Source of the DNA: a virus
IMG/VR virus record: IMGVR_UViG_3300027740_000001
Location: 1 to 63,976 of that record
Length of the DNA: 63,976 nt
Strand: one strand, 5' to 3'
The notes beneath the pieces were generated by a model. That model saw only the letters and a program-made list of their open reading frames with translations, ran no database searches and was not told where the DNA came from. Positions 32,887 through 40,661 of the stretch are shown one piece after another. Both the position numbers and the translations under genes were made by a program. How positions within the stretch are numbered: the stretch's first letter is position 1; every line of letters starts with the position of its first letter.

Positions 32887-33069
32887 TTATTTTGTTACCA
32901 ATACGCTTGTATCGTAAGGATTTGGTATTAGTTTCGATTCTAAGGTAACTCTGAAATATCCTTCAGAATACCCTACAGCCCTATTGATCTTTTTTCCATC
33001 CCACAGATCATCCCATTCCTGCTCCGTAAGCTTAATACCGTATCCCTCTTCGTTTTTATACAAGATCAT
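32887..33069 (-). CDS. Hypothetical protein (60 aa)
   Basis: ATG at 33069 follows GGGAGG and lies 1 nt after the upstream stop. The longer track ORF overlaps the upstream gene by 134 nt. Confidence 0.5.
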   Translation of the reverse strand: MILYKNEEGYGIKLTEQEWDDLWDGKKINRAVGYSEGYFRVTLESKLIPNPYDTSVLVTK

Positions 33070-33070
33070 C

Positions 33071-33415
33071 TTATGCCACCTCCCTTGCCTTTCCATTCTT
33101 ACAGTCCCATATCGACATCTGTTTATGCCATCTACCCAACAACATGGCATACCACCTACTCTTAACGTGTATCGAAACATCAACGTAACATATCCCCTGG
33201 TCAATCCATAATCCGAGATACCTTGACCTGATATTCCGATACAGATATTTCAATACCATCAAATCCATTTTGATTCCTAATGCAGACAACTCACCCACGG
33301 GTATCTTGTGGATTGAAAGTATGGCGACGTAATACCCGGAAGAATGATTAACTATATTCCCGGATAGGTCGATGGTTGCACCACCATTTAGTTTGATCTG
33401 TTTGACGATGTTCAT
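33071..33415 (-). CDS. Conserved-looking phage protein (114 aa)
   Basis: YLGLWIDQGICYVDVS and QMSIWD resemble a recurrent phage family of unknown function. Confidence 0.6.
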   Translation of the reverse strand: MNIVKQIKLNGGATIDLSGNIVNHSSGYYVAILSIHKIPVGELSALGIKMDLMVLKYLYRNIRSRYLGLWIDQGICYVDVSIHVKSRWYAMLLGRWHKQMSIWDCKNGKAREVA

Positions 33416-33427
33416 ATTGTAACCCCG

Positions 33428-33610
33428 TTAAAAAACCACTGGCATTCCTTCGCTTAGTTGTTCAAGCTTAGCGTATTCATCCTGCTCCTTACCGATACGT
33501 TCAAGTTCGTCATAGTCTATTAGATTCACCCTTAGCGATGGGTTTGTTGACCTTATTTCTGTGATACAACCACCATTGACAAATATCCATATTTCATTTC
33601 TCTTGGCCAT
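33428..33610 (-). CDS. Hypothetical protein (60 aa)
   Basis: ORF-track ORF with GGGAGG upstream. Confidence 0.55.
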   Translation of the reverse strand: MAKRNEIWIFVNGGCITEIRSTNPSLRVNLIDYDELERIGKEQDEYAKLEQLSEGMPVVF

Positions 33611-33625
33611 AACATTTCACCTCCC

Positions 33626-34225
33626 TTAGAATACCTTTAGGTTTAACTGACTCCCATAGCTTCCCATTGACCCAACAACTCTATGATACGCTAACCATAC
33701 TATAGCCTGGAATTGCAATGGTAACAGATTATACTTATCAGATAGCGTTTTAATCTCACCCTTTAGAAATTCAATCCATTTCTCAGTCGAATACTTCTTA
33801 ACCCCGTACTTATCAACTTGATAATAACACGCTATCATAAACGTGTCAATGGTAACAGACTCACTGTCAAACGGGTTGAGTAGATTCTGATAAAACTGTG
33901 TTACCTTTGGCCCGTTTAAATATGGGAATACCTTTTTATTCCGATATATCTTGATTGCCTTGCGTATGTTACCCTTAAGCCCTGGCATCTTGATATTTGA
34001 CGGCACCCTACCCTTAAACTTTAATACGTGATAGGTCATGTTTAAATTTTCCTTCCATGCTATCATGGGAGACAGCGCCGCTGTGACCCCACATACTACG
34101 TTGAGTCTCACGTCAAAATACCCAGCCATATCCCTAAGATAATTGTGTTGATCTTGATACCAGTGAAAACCCATAATACGTTCCGTCTCTGTTGATTCAA
34201 GATAGGTTCGTTCAAAGTTATTCAT
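33626..34225 (-). CDS. Hypothetical protein (199 aa), the largest gene of the accessory arm
   Basis: ORF-track ORF. WYQDQHNYL...GVTAALSPMIAWKEN looks conserved, but the family was not identified. Confidence 0.65.
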   Translation of the reverse strand: MNNFERTYLESTETERIMGFHWYQDQHNYLRDMAGYFDVRLNVVCGVTAALSPMIAWKENLNMTYHVLKFKGRVPSNIKMPGLKGNIRKAIKIYRNKKVFPYLNGPKVTQFYQNLLNPFDSESVTIDTFMIACYYQVDKYGVKKYSTEKWIEFLKGEIKTLSDKYNLLPLQFQAIVWLAYHRVVGSMGSYGSQLNLKVF

Positions 34226-34434
34226 GTTACCATGCGCTCCCTTCGTTCATGGTGCGTTACTATCAACATGCAGTATTGGTTTTTCTGGCAGAACTCTTCA
34301 CCTAACACTGTCTTAATGTAACTCCTAATAGATGAGTTCGTTATTCTCTTTGGGTTACTTCTGCGCTCAGGTAATACAGCAACCTTATCGTATTCCTTAG
34401 CCTTAGAATCGTATAGGGATATCTCGTATCTCAT
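34222..34434 (-). CDS. Hypothetical protein (70 aa)
   Basis: ORF-track ORF with GGGAGG upstream. Confidence 0.55.
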   Translation of the reverse strand: MRYEISLYDSKAKEYDKVAVLPERRSNPKRITNSSIRSYIKTVLGEEFCQKNQYCMLIVTHHERRERMVT

Positions 34435-34470
34435 TTTGTCTGACCTCCCGCTTAGGATATCACTGAGTAA

Positions 34471-34500
34471 CCCGGTCTTAGATTAACAGGTAAGACCGGG
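34471..34500 (-). terminator. Perfect 10-bp stem hairpin after the first leftward gene (terminator/processing-site candidate)
   Basis: CCCGGTCTTA - 10 nt - TAAGACCGGG lies 10 nt after the stop at 34511. The U-tail is weak. Confidence 0.4.
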
Positions 34501-34510
34501 TTAACCCGTA

Positions 34511-34669
34511 CTACCCGAAAGCGATCTCACTATCACTATCAACCCCGGTTATAGCCGTGGTATCACGTGACGGAATCAACACAAACACGCATTGATTCTC
34601 TTTCGGGTTCAGACGTTTAAACAATGAATATCCGATACCGTTTACCCTAAAGTCTTTTAGCCAAATCAT
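34511..34669 (-). CDS. First gene of the leftward arm, 52-aa protein
   Basis: Manually found ORF: ATG at 34669 lies 5 nt after GGAGGG. The product is MIWLKDFRVNGIGYSLFKRLNPKENQCVFVLIPSRD... Confidence 0.45.
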   Translation of the reverse strand: MIWLKDFRVNGIGYSLFKRLNPKENQCVFVLIPSRDTTAITGVDSDSEIAFG

Positions 34670-34980
34670 AATGCCCTCCGTTTACCCTGTTAAAGGTTTA
34701 ATTCCGTTAAGGTTAACCCCTATGATGCACATGCCATGCCAACATTCAGCCAACATGCCAACTATTTTGAAAAAATCGTATAACACAAATAATATCATGT
34801 ATTTATATGACTTACTGGCATATTATAGGCATATCATACGAACATCTATCTATAACCACAGTGCCAAATAACGTCACATCGCTTGTGAAAAACTATAATA
34901 ACCCACACCCAACTCGTTGATATAACTCACCGTTACCCAGGTGACAATTTACGCATACAAAATGCCAAAAAATGTCACTA

Positions 34981-35038
34981 ATTATAACAATATGTTATGA
35001 CAAAATGTCCGGATTATAACATACTGTTGTGAAATGTC
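34981..35038. repeat. Two tandem about 27-bp operator-like units, each with a short inverted repeat
   Basis: The units are ATTATAACAATATGTTATGACAAAATGTC and ATTATAACATACTGTTGTGAAATGTC. ATAAC and GTTAT form the inner palindrome. AAATGTC also occurs at 34970. Confidence 0.7.
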
Positions 35039-35120
35039 GGTTCGGGATACCATACTAAAACAGTCAAGAATGTAGGAATTGGGTAGAATTGCCAAATACG
35101 GCAATTGGGGTGTTGAGAAA

Positions 35121-35210
35121 TTCAACGGTATGGTGAGAAACTCATCACTTTTCACCAGAGTGGTGAACTCTTCACCACTTTTCACCACTCTTCACCATAG
35201 TTCATCACTC
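35121..35210. repeat. Iteron-like array: nine phased decamers (7 direct TTCAyCAnnn, 2 inverted TGGTGA)
   Basis: Exact 10-bp register: TGGTGAGAAA CTCATCACTT TTCACCAGAG TGGTGAACTC TTCACCACTT TTCACCACTC TTCACCATAG TTCATCACTC TTCATCACTT. Confidence 0.85.
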
Positions 35211-35341
35211 TTCATCACTTCCGGGTACCTTCATATTCCCTATCATTATAGTATATGCCGTTAATTGTGACCCTTCATGGCCAATTCTGGGGATAACTTG
35301 CACTTCATTACATATGAAGTAGCACTTTTGTGATATTTTGG

Positions 35342-35370
35342 TTGACATTCAAGATATGGTATGGTATAGT
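35342..35370 (+). promoter_or_regulatory. Sigma70-type promoter (TTGACA-17-TATAGT, TGn extended -10) for the long rightward block
   Basis: TTGACA is at 35342..35347 and TATAGT at 35365..35370, preceded by tgg. The inverted repeat ACTTCAT/ATGAAGT (35302..35320) lies just upstream. Confidence 0.7.
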
Positions 35371-35383
35371 CTATCCCATAATA

Positions 35384-35474
35384 GGTCGGGACCCGGAGGG
35401 GCAGTCAGGAAGTGCCCCCTTAATATAAGCCGATGTCGATCGTAGATTCTCTCCCTCGCTCCCGGGTCCTGGCC
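35384..35474 (+). ncRNA. Structured leader RNA candidate (long closing helix plus competing inner hairpins)
   Basis: 35384..35394 pairs with 35464..35474 (11 bp including G-U). GAGGG (35396..35400) can pair with either CCCTC (35453..35457) or, within the GGGGCA/TGCCCC hairpin (35398..35418), with its 3' arm. It lies between the predicted TSS (about 35377) and the ATG at 35521. Confidence 0.45.
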
Positions 35475-35520
35475 ACCCTACAATTTCACGTTTTACTGTA
35501 ATTTCACACAGGAGGTAGAT

Positions 35521-35670
35521 ATGACAGAGAAACAGGATGTTAAGATTCAATGTATACGGCTTGCATCAGATCTATTTACCAGCGATAAGTGGTGTGATGT
35601 ATTGCCACCAACCGCCATCGAGGACATTCTTGGTGGTGCCAAGAAGCTGTACGACTGGGTTCTGGAATAA
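35521..35670 (+). CDS. Small protein (49 aa), first gene after the structured leader
   Basis: AGGAGG lies 6 nt before the ATG. Manually found ORF below the track cutoff. Confidence 0.55.
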   Translation: MTEKQDVKIQCIRLASDLFTSDKWCDVLPPTAIEDILGGAKKLYDWVLE

Positions 35671-35725
35671 AAGGTACTGGCTGGTTAAAATTATTATCAC
35701 AATATTCTTAGATTAGGGGTTAACT

Positions 35726-36019
35726 ATGGATAATAAACTTGAAGTACGGGCAACAATGGCTCCCTGGTATAACGGGGTAGAATTTCTAATTAGGCAAGGC
35801 TACTCCACGGCAGAACCCATAGTGATGAAAGAAAGAACGGTGGGGGATATTTGTAACCATACATTTAAGTTAGGGTATTGTGAAGCACAGACACTCATGG
35901 ACGACCTTTGGACTGCCGGTCTTCGTCCTACAGAGGGAACAGGTTCAGCCGGGTCGCTGGCTGCGACAGAACGGCACTTACAGGACATGAGAACCCTCGT
36001 ATTTTCTAAAAAAGAATAA
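35726..36019 (+). CDS. Hypothetical protein (97 aa)
   Basis: ORF-track ORF. LMDDLWTAGLRPTEGTGSAGSL..HLQDMR looks conserved. Confidence 0.6.
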   Translation: MDNKLEVRATMAPWYNGVEFLIRQGYSTAEPIVMKERTVGDICNHTFKLGYCEAQTLMDDLWTAGLRPTEGTGSAGSLAATERHLQDMRTLVFSKKE

Positions 36020-36046
36020 CATAAAGCATAAGGAGGTATTTATACC

Positions 36047-36214
36047 ATGATTATCACAATGAGGCCCAAAGACAGCACCGCACAGGATATCGTTCACGAG
36101 GACGTTACGCATTGGTACTTCGATTACGGGTGTTTCCATATCTATTTTGATGATGGGAGGGTGAGAGTGTATCCGGGGCGGCACATTTGGTATGTTGAGG
36201 AGGTGGGTGAGTAG
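36047..36214 (+). CDS. Small protein (55 aa)
   Basis: AAGGAGG lies 9 nt before the ATG. Manually found ORF. Confidence 0.5.
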   Translation: MIITMRPKDSTAQDIVHEDVTHWYFDYGCFHIYFDDGRVRVYPGRHIWYVEEVGE

Positions 36215-36417
36215 GTACTGGCTACCACATTTTTATTAACATGGAGATATAAAATTGTCACCTCACCGATCCTGGACCGCAAAACCTACGTTGCACATGA
36301 TTAAGCTCGTACTTAACCAGCAATTGGTGGTGCTGAAGCGGTTGTTTCCGAATCTGGAGCGAACGATATTGATGTTACGGGAGACAATAGATGGTCTGTC
36401 TGTGAGTGGAGGGTAAT

Positions 36418-36819
36418 ATGTGTTTGGATATTGTTGATAAAAAAATAAATAGAAGTATTTGTACGGGAGTTGGGTACAAGGTATACACGAAAAGTAGAAA
36501 TAGGTTATTCCCTGTGTGTTTTAATAATGGCGTAGAATTACCAAGGCATAGGTGGTTACGTGAGAATAAGTTTGCACCATATAAGGGTGGCACCATTTAT
36601 TCTGCTGGCCCAAATCATTATAAGCGTGGGTGGCATATATTTACAACAAGACGTGATGCACGTGAATGGGCCATAGGTCTCATGGGTCCCTACAAACACG
36701 AATGTGAGTGTGTACTTCGGGTAGAATACAGATCTGTTCTTGTAACCGGTATACAAAACGGACATGATGTTATCGTTGCAAAGTGGATAAGGATAGGTGG
36801 TTCCGGGAAAATAAAATAA
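36418..36819 (+). CDS. Hypothetical protein (133 aa)
   Basis: ATG at 36418 follows GGAGGG. Confidence 0.6.
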   Translation: MCLDIVDKKINRSICTGVGYKVYTKSRNRLFPVCFNNGVELPRHRWLRENKFAPYKGGTIYSAGPNHYKRGWHIFTTRRDAREWAIGLMGPYKHECECVLRVEYRSVLVTGIQNGHDVIVAKWIRIGGSGKIK

Positions 36820-36871
36820 ATAGGCAGATAGTTATATTATGCCAAATCGTGTGGAATATGGGGAGGGACAT

Positions 36872-37252
36872 ATGGGAATAAATGTTGGTGACATGGTTAT
36901 GAAGGAAGGCTGGGATCGTTGGTACAGGGTGAAAAGGATTGAGGGTGAATCACTGTTTCTTATTGCAGATGATGGTACTATCTTAAAATACATGCTGTTT
37001 CCACCTACCATAGCCAAGGGGTATCAATGGATCGTTAAGCCCATGGTTGAAACACCACGGATTGATCACTTCGAGTATGATGGATTCAGAGTACCTACAT
37101 TTGGTGATTGGATAGGAGAATATCAAAATCCATCGAAGGAATACTTAATTCTAAGGTTTATATATGCATTTACCGTTATCAAGTATCCAATCTACCGTCC
37201 AGTCTACGTTCAATGTCAGAAATCCGCCATGGGCTTCGACGAGTGGTGGTAG
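36872..37252 (+). CDS. Protein (126 aa) ending in ..GFDEWW
   Basis: ATG at 36872 follows GGGGAGGG. The C-terminal GFDEWW is at 37232..37249. Confidence 0.6.
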   Translation: MGINVGDMVMKEGWDRWYRVKRIEGESLFLIADDGTILKYMLFPPTIAKGYQWIVKPMVETPRIDHFEYDGFRVPTFGDWIGEYQNPSKEYLILRFIYAFTVIKYPIYRPVYVQCQKSAMGFDEWW

Positions 37253-37253
37253 G

Positions 37254-37475
37254 ATGAAGCTAATATCATCAATTATCAGCCACATTAAACGTAAACCCAT
37301 CACCACCAACCGCGTGTTCAGCGACATCGGCAAGGTAATCACGTTTAAGAAGAACGATCTACTTAAGGTGGTTAAAACGTGTCCGAATGGATCACGTATT
37401 TTGATCGATAGGCGCACGTGGATTCAGGTGTATCATAATGAGGTATTAAATGAACCGACCAACCAACCCGGTTGA
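37254..37475 (+). CDS. Hypothetical basic protein (73 aa)
   Basis: ATG lies 1 nt after the previous stop. Confidence 0.5.
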   Translation: MKLISSIISHIKRKPITTNRVFSDIGKVITFKKNDLLKVVKTCPNGSRILIDRRTWIQVYHNEVLNEPTNQPG

Positions 37476-37977
37476 ACAATGCCCATCGTGCCACATGCAG
37501 TCGCTATTCGATACGTGTAGTGCAGGTAGGCGACGTATCAACAAGGACGATAAGGGTGAGTTCTACAAGGCCATAGACTGTAAGTTGTGGGTGGAGCGGG
37601 TTATAGAAAAGAATGAGTCCGGACAGAAGGTGTGTCCGACATGTGGACAGGTGATACCCAATGAGACATCAGAACCTATACCTATAGATGTTATTGATAA
37701 TGTAACTAAGACGTTTGATGATTCTACTGTGTTTGAGTGGGGGGCATCACAGATTGAGATTAAGGGTGTTCCAGAAATGCAGGAACAGATAAATCAACAG
37801 TATAATAAATTAATAGACAATGTTGTGCTAAGTTCTAACGCAACACCCATTCCAACGGAACTCATAAAGCGTGGTCGTGGGAACCCAGGCGGACCAAGGA
37901 AGCGTGGGTTTGCAGATATGCCGAAAGCAAAGTACGGATCAGGAAAGCGTAAGGAGGTTAAAAATGAAACAAATTAA
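37450..37977 (+). CDS. Zinc-ribbon protein with basic C-terminal tail (175 aa)
   Basis: It contains CPSC...CPTCG and the basic tail KRGRGNPGGPRKRG. Confidence 0.6.
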   Translation: MNRPTNPVEQCPSCHMQSLFDTCSAGRRRINKDDKGEFYKAIDCKLWVERVIEKNESGQKVCPTCGQVIPNETSEPIPIDVIDNVTKTFDDSTVFEWGASQIEIKGVPEMQEQINQQYNKLIDNVVLSSNATPIPTELIKRGRGNPGGPRKRGFADMPKAKYGSGKRKEVKNETN

Positions 37978-38338
37978 GCGTGTGTATATCGCAGGTCCAT
38001 TAACACCAAAGGGTATTAAGGACCCAAATCCTGCAATTGAGTACATATACAATGTACGTGATATGGTGCGGGTTGGCATCGAGGTGATGCTTGCAGGGTT
38101 TTCCCCGTTTATTCCAGCCTTAGATTTTCTTGTTTTTGTTAACCTTAGAGAAAATGAGAAAATTTCAGAAGAAATGATTAAGCAATATTCAATAGACTGG
38201 CTTGCTGCGTGTGATGCTGTTGTTCTTACTTCCCATTACGAAACATCTATTGGTACAAGGATTGAAATAGAACATGCTGAACAGCTTGGAATACCAGTCT
38301 TTAAGTCAGTGCAGGAGTTAGTTGATGCCGTACATTAA
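37964..38338 (+). CDS. Nucleoside 2-deoxyribosyltransferase-like protein (DUF4406-like)
   Basis: AAGGAGG lies 6 nt before the ATG. VYIAGPLTP at the N-terminus and CDAVVLTSHYETSIGTRIEIEHAEQLGIPV fit the family pattern. Confidence 0.6.
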   Translation: MKQIKRVYIAGPLTPKGIKDPNPAIEYIYNVRDMVRVGIEVMLAGFSPFIPALDFLVFVNLRENEKISEEMIKQYSIDWLAACDAVVLTSHYETSIGTRIEIEHAEQLGIPVFKSVQELVDAVH

Positions 38339-38588
38339 GCAGGAACATAGAAGATTATATGATAAGTCTATAGGTGATATATTATTCGTAATGGAACATA
38401 CGGAAGCAACCGAAGCGGCAGGGCATTTTACTTACATTATTTATAGGCTACTTAAGCGGTTCAACGGAAAGTTCTGGATGAGAGCCCTTGGAATAGGTTG
38501 TTTGGTGTGTGCTATCCTGGAGATGTATAGGCGGGATCATGCTGTGTATGAGGATGGTAAAATTAATTCAAACGGAGATATAATATAG
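38322..38588 (+). CDS. Hypothetical protein (88 aa)
   Basis: ORF-track ORF that overlaps the upstream stop. Confidence 0.55.
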   Translation: MMPYIKQEHRRLYDKSIGDILFVMEHTEATEAAGHFTYIIYRLLKRFNGKFWMRALGIGCLVCAILEMYRRDHAVYEDGKINSNGDII

Positions 38589-38599
38589 GGGGTAATATT

Positions 38600-38845
38600 A
38601 TGAAGGTTACAAGTAACGCTGGAGATCGTAAGTTTGAACCGGTTGTATTAAACATTACACTTGAATCGTTAGAAGAAGCGAAGATGATGTTTTCTCTGTT
38701 CAATTACGCTCCAATGTGTGCATTACTAAAGTTGCACGGTATAAATTCTGAAGCAATACGTGATGCGATAGTGAATGTATCTGGACATCTTGATTATGGA
38801 AAAATATTCTTTGAACTATCAGATGCCATAAGACTTTGGGGGTAA
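38600..38845 (+). CDS. Hypothetical protein (81 aa)
   Basis: ORF-track ORF with GGGGG upstream. Confidence 0.55.
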   Translation: MKVTSNAGDRKFEPVVLNITLESLEEAKMMFSLFNYAPMCALLKLHGINSEAIRDAIVNVSGHLDYGKIFFELSDAIRLWG

Positions 38846-38848
38846 TAT

Positions 38849-39106
38849 ATGCCTGACAACGTTGGTATGTTCAGCGTAACAGATGTTTGTCCATCATGCC
38901 AGAAGTCGTGCAAGGACATGGCGCTTGAACATAGTGGAAAGGTTATACACATTATGGAGATGTTTATCGTGTGTACGAGGTGTGGTACGCTGTTCCTGCC
39001 GAGATCGAGAATCAAGCACGTTTTCTCAGCGCTTGATAGTGAACACAGGATCATCAATCCAGCATCTCCGGAAGCGCAGAAAATAGTACAACAAATGGTA
39101 CCCTAA
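38849..39106 (+). CDS. Zinc-ribbon protein (85 aa)
   Basis: It contains CPSCQKSC...CTRCG. Confidence 0.55.
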   Translation: MPDNVGMFSVTDVCPSCQKSCKDMALEHSGKVIHIMEMFIVCTRCGTLFLPRSRIKHVFSALDSEHRIINPASPEAQKIVQQMVP

Positions 39107-39460
39107 ATGAAAACAATTGTAAACTGTAAACGTTGTAAGGACCGCGATTCGTGCATCAAACCATGCCCGGCGCTTGAGGCTCAGTTACGCAAGGACTTTC
39201 CGTTAAACATAGACGTGAACGCATCTCCGAGATTCGCAATATCCCCAGGCATAATGTCTCCGGAACTTGACATCTGGAAGGTTATCGATGATCTATCTAC
39301 CGACAAAACACGCAGAAGTCCTACGTATAGGGAAAAGGCGATACTAACTCTTGATGCGGCTGGTTTTGATCGTAAGGAAATCGCGAAACTATTTAAAATT
39401 AAACGTAGTTCCGTGCGTAAGGTTGTCTACGCCGCCAAACAGAAACTGCTTCGTAAGTAA
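39107..39460 (+). CDS. Transcription regulator candidate: N-terminal Cys cluster plus C-terminal sigma70 region-4-like HTH
   Basis: REKAILTLDAAGFDRKEIAKLFKIKRSSVRKVVYAAKQKL has the region-4/LuxR pattern. It sits at the head of the structural genes. Confidence 0.6.
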   Translation: MKTIVNCKRCKDRDSCIKPCPALEAQLRKDFPLNIDVNASPRFAISPGIMSPELDIWKVIDDLSTDKTRRSPTYREKAILTLDAAGFDRKEIAKLFKIKRSSVRKVVYAAKQKLLRK

Positions 39461-39513
39461 ATAATTCTGTACACATGCCACGTTGTTTCTCCTATATTGT
39501 ACAAGGAGAAACC

Positions 39514-40083
39514 ATGTCGAGAAGGCCCATATCTGAAGGTGGAACGCCAAACCTACCTACCATAGAAAAACCTGATCACCAAGAATACTACAATTATTAC
39601 GAATCACTCGGTAGAGCCAGAACCCTACAGAAGGTAGCAACGCAGTTTAACAAGTCAAAATCCTACATTCAGCTAATCTCACGCGCCTTCAAGTGGAAAC
39701 ACCGTATCCATGCGGTTGAGTCTCACCCACCAGATAAGGTTGTTACTGACACCAAGGAACAGGTTGACGATGTTCGACGGAAGCTTGTAGCGGTGGTTCA
39801 AGAGATAGCAGACATTCTATACGAACTCATGTTTATCTCTAAGAGGATGAAACTGAATCGACTTGAAATGGGGGATAAGGAGCGTGGCGATCAGCTAATG
39901 AGTGCGTTGCAGATGTGGGGGTTCACGTGGAAGACTCCCGGTCAGTTCAAGCAGTTGATATCTACCTTGAAAGACATCACCGACTTCAACACGTCTGGTA
40001 ATGGTGGTGGATCTTCTCCGAAGGTTGGTAACGCAACACAGATAAACGCGGAACGTTTCGAATTGAATATAACGGATAGTTAG
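39514..40083 (+). CDS. HTH protein, possible small terminase subunit
   Basis: ATG at 39514 follows AAGGAGA. RTLQKVATQFNKSKSYIQLISRAFKW is an HTH-like segment. The position is not adjacent to terL, so the assignment is weak. Confidence 0.4.
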   Translation: MSRRPISEGGTPNLPTIEKPDHQEYYNYYESLGRARTLQKVATQFNKSKSYIQLISRAFKWKHRIHAVESHPPDKVVTDTKEQVDDVRRKLVAVVQEIADILYELMFISKRMKLNRLEMGDKERGDQLMSALQMWGFTWKTPGQFKQLISTLKDITDFNTSGNGGGSSPKVGNATQINAERFELNITDS

Positions 40084-40093
40084 GGAGGGACAT

Positions 40094-40282
40094 ATGGGAT
40101 ACTGGGATGATACTACTAAAGCCGCTGGTGATTTTTTGAAGGAGCACGTGAAGAAGCTTGGGCCTACCGAACCCACCGAAAAGGAAATTGCTGCCGCTCA
40201 GGAAAGCGTGTCAAAGAAACCCACCGCTGCCTATGGACGCAAGAAACAAGGTGCAGGTGGTGGATTTGCGATTATTGAATAG
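40094..40282 (+). CDS. Small protein (62 aa)
   Basis: ORF-track ORF with GGGAGGG upstream. Confidence 0.5.
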   Translation: MGYWDDTTKAAGDFLKEHVKKLGPTEPTEKEIAAAQESVSKKPTAAYGRKKQGAGGGFAIIE

Positions 40283-40291
40283 GTGTGTGTG

Positions 40292-40456
40292 ATGCCCGTT
40301 AAGATCAGAAAACTGAAAAGTGGGAAGTATCGCGTTTCTACTCCAACCTCGGTTCATGCCAAGGGTACCACAAAGAAGAAGGCTAAGGCACAGCGGACAA
40401 TTATTAACATGCATGAAGCTGGGGTTGTACCGAAAGGTGGATGGAATAAAGAATAG
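40292..40456 (+). CDS. Small basic protein (54 aa), MPVKIRKLKSGKYRV...
   Basis: Manually found ORF that ends 1 nt into tRNA-Tyr. Confidence 0.45.
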   Translation: MPVKIRKLKSGKYRVSTPTSVHAKGTTKKKAKAQRTIINMHEAGVVPKGGWNKE

Positions 40457-40541
40457 GGACAGTTGGGTAGCGTGGTGAACCTCGCGGGCTGTAAACCCGT
40501 AGCCTACGGCTGAGATAGTTCGATTCTATCCTGTCCCACCA
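40456..40541 (+). tRNA. tRNA-Tyr (anticodon GTA), class II with long variable arm, CCA encoded
   Basis: Hand-folded cloverleaf. Acceptor pairs GGGACAG with CTGTCCC. The anticodon stem pairs GCGGG with CCCGT around the loop CTGTAAA. The variable arm pairs GCC with GGC. The T arm is GATAG-TTCGATT-CTATC. The 3' end is A-CCA. Confidence 0.85.
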
Positions 40542-40544
40542 AGT

Positions 40545-40621
40545 GTGGCCGATGCTGAAGTAGTCGAGGCGAACGGCTGTGGCCCGTTTCTTAGTCGATG
40601 CGAGTTCGACCGGCCACCCCA
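40545..40621 (+). tRNA. tRNA-His-like (anticodon GTG) with atypical D- and T-loops and no encoded G-1
   Basis: Perfect 7-bp acceptor pairs GTGGCCG with CGGCCAC. The anticodon stem pairs AACGG with CCGTT around the loop CTGTGGC. The T stem pairs GTCGA with TCGAC, but the loop is TGCGAGT (G at position 55). The D-loop AAGTAGTCG lacks GG. The discriminator is C followed by CCA. Confidence 0.6.
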
Positions 40622-40661
40622 ATATATTTAACAATTAAACATAATTAAAAGGAGGTCTATC

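Noticed and set aside
35121-35210. Possibility that the decamer array is a CRISPR array, or that ORF 35079..35264 is real
   Set aside because: The units are 10 bp with no spacers, far too short for CRISPR. The ORF's SSLF/TTLHH translation simply mirrors the repeat.
40404-40634. 76-aa minus-strand ORF
   Set aside because: It lies exactly over the two tRNA genes, so the cloverleaf folds explain the sequence.
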